From the NCBI GenBank assembly GCA_002269645.1, contig NIVC01000749.1, positions 62,001-126,000 on the forward strand: DNA of 64,000 nt. The letters are read 5' to 3'. Numbering within the stretch: the first letter of the stretch is position 1; every line of letters starts with the position of its first letter. The DNA is from Macrostomum lignano. Taxonomy: Eukaryota. This document shows, piece by piece, positions 63,013 to 64,000 of this stretch. The position numbers and the translations under genes were made by a program. A model generated the notes under the pieces. It ran no database searches, was not told the origin of the DNA, and saw only the letters and a list, made by a program, of their open reading frames with translations.

Positions 63013-63769
63013 ACCAAAGAGTATTGAGGTCGCCTAGTATAGAGTGCCAATAAGGATGAAAATCTGAAGCCGATTTTTAGAATCCACCCACCCCCTCCGG
63101 TCACCAAGCTGTTTAGTTTATGGCACAAGTTGTGGCTAGAATGGTGTACAAAGCCGATGCTCAGAAATATAAGACATTTCACACTTAGAAAATGCATGTA
63201 TCAAATAAGCAAGACAATATCACTCAGTCACCAGACTCAGTTGCCGTCGTCGATACACAACTCCGTAACAGCCATGCCATATAGCCCTTACGTCTGAACA
63301 ACAACAGCCATGCCACTAAAGTGCACGGTAGCTAATTGCAATAAACTGCGTTTCTGATGCATCTGTATCCTTCTTTTCGTCTGCCTTTCAAGGACCTTCA
63401 CTCTGCCTGTTTATGACTTATGTTTTTGTCTTTCCGACTCTGCTGCAAGAATCCTGCTCAACTTCTTTTCTCCTTACACAATGCAATCAATGTACGTATG
63501 GTTACAGTATAGATACAGAAATAAAGTCTTGAGGACGTTTTAAGCATACATGGTATTCGTCCAGCTACATTAGCTACTTGTATTTTTCTCATGCACTCTA
63601 AGCATATTTCTGAGCATCGGCTTTGTACACCATTCTATCTGGATAGCCACAACTTGTGCCATAGACTAAAAAGCTTGGTGACCGGAGGGGCAGGGTGGAT
63701 TCTAAAAATCGGCTTCAGATTTTCATCCTTATTGGCACTCTATACTAGGCGACCTCAATACTCTTTGCT
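63013..63769 (+). mobile_element. Kolobok-like element, right-arm copy
   Basis: Mirror of 15933-16680; ends CTCTTTGCT followed by TTAA at 63770. Confidence 0.65.
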
Positions 63770-64000
63770 TTAAACTTAATTTAATGCAAATTAGCGGGCA
63801 GTTATTGACATTTAACGCCCGATTATTCTGTCCCACTTTGTCAAGGACACAAATGTCTATGGCACAATAGTACATTAATACCCATGCTTTAAGGGCGTTA
63901 ATGGGAAAATCAGAGGGCGCCATTAGGGCGCCTATTAATCTACTATTCTAACTACACGTCTTGTGCCTAAAAATCATAAAAATGGCCACTAGACTCTGTG

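Overview
Eukaryotic, repeat-rich genomic DNA with spliceosomal GT-AG introns, GC-rich exons, (GACA)n tracts and CORE-SINEs. The style resembles a marine invertebrate such as the flatworm Macrostomum, but that is inference only. The dominant structure is a giant imperfect inverted duplication: ~15.7-38.06 kb mirrors 38.90-64.0 kb across a 129-N scaffold gap. It is either a true palindrome or two haplotypes/homeologues joined head-to-head by the assembler. Each arm carries (i) a secreted alpha/beta-hydrolase locus (GHSMGG nucleophile) in permuted order: two C-terminal exons lie upstream of five N-terminal exons on the same strand and the middle exons are absent; (ii) a two-exon orphan coiled-coil gene; (iii) at least six unrelated minisatellites of variable copy number; and (iv) SINE, LINE and Kolobok-like relics. 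A THAP/P-superfamily element is present in the left arm only. The unique left 15 kb holds an uninterrupted piggyBac transposase ORF with a catalytic Asp-to-His change and an orphan coding exon. It also holds a ~9-kb segment bounded by 16-bp inverted ends and oriented GTGGACC motifs, whose interior is a 6.3-kb higher-order satellite built from that same motif. No rRNA, intact tRNA or CRISPR array was found.
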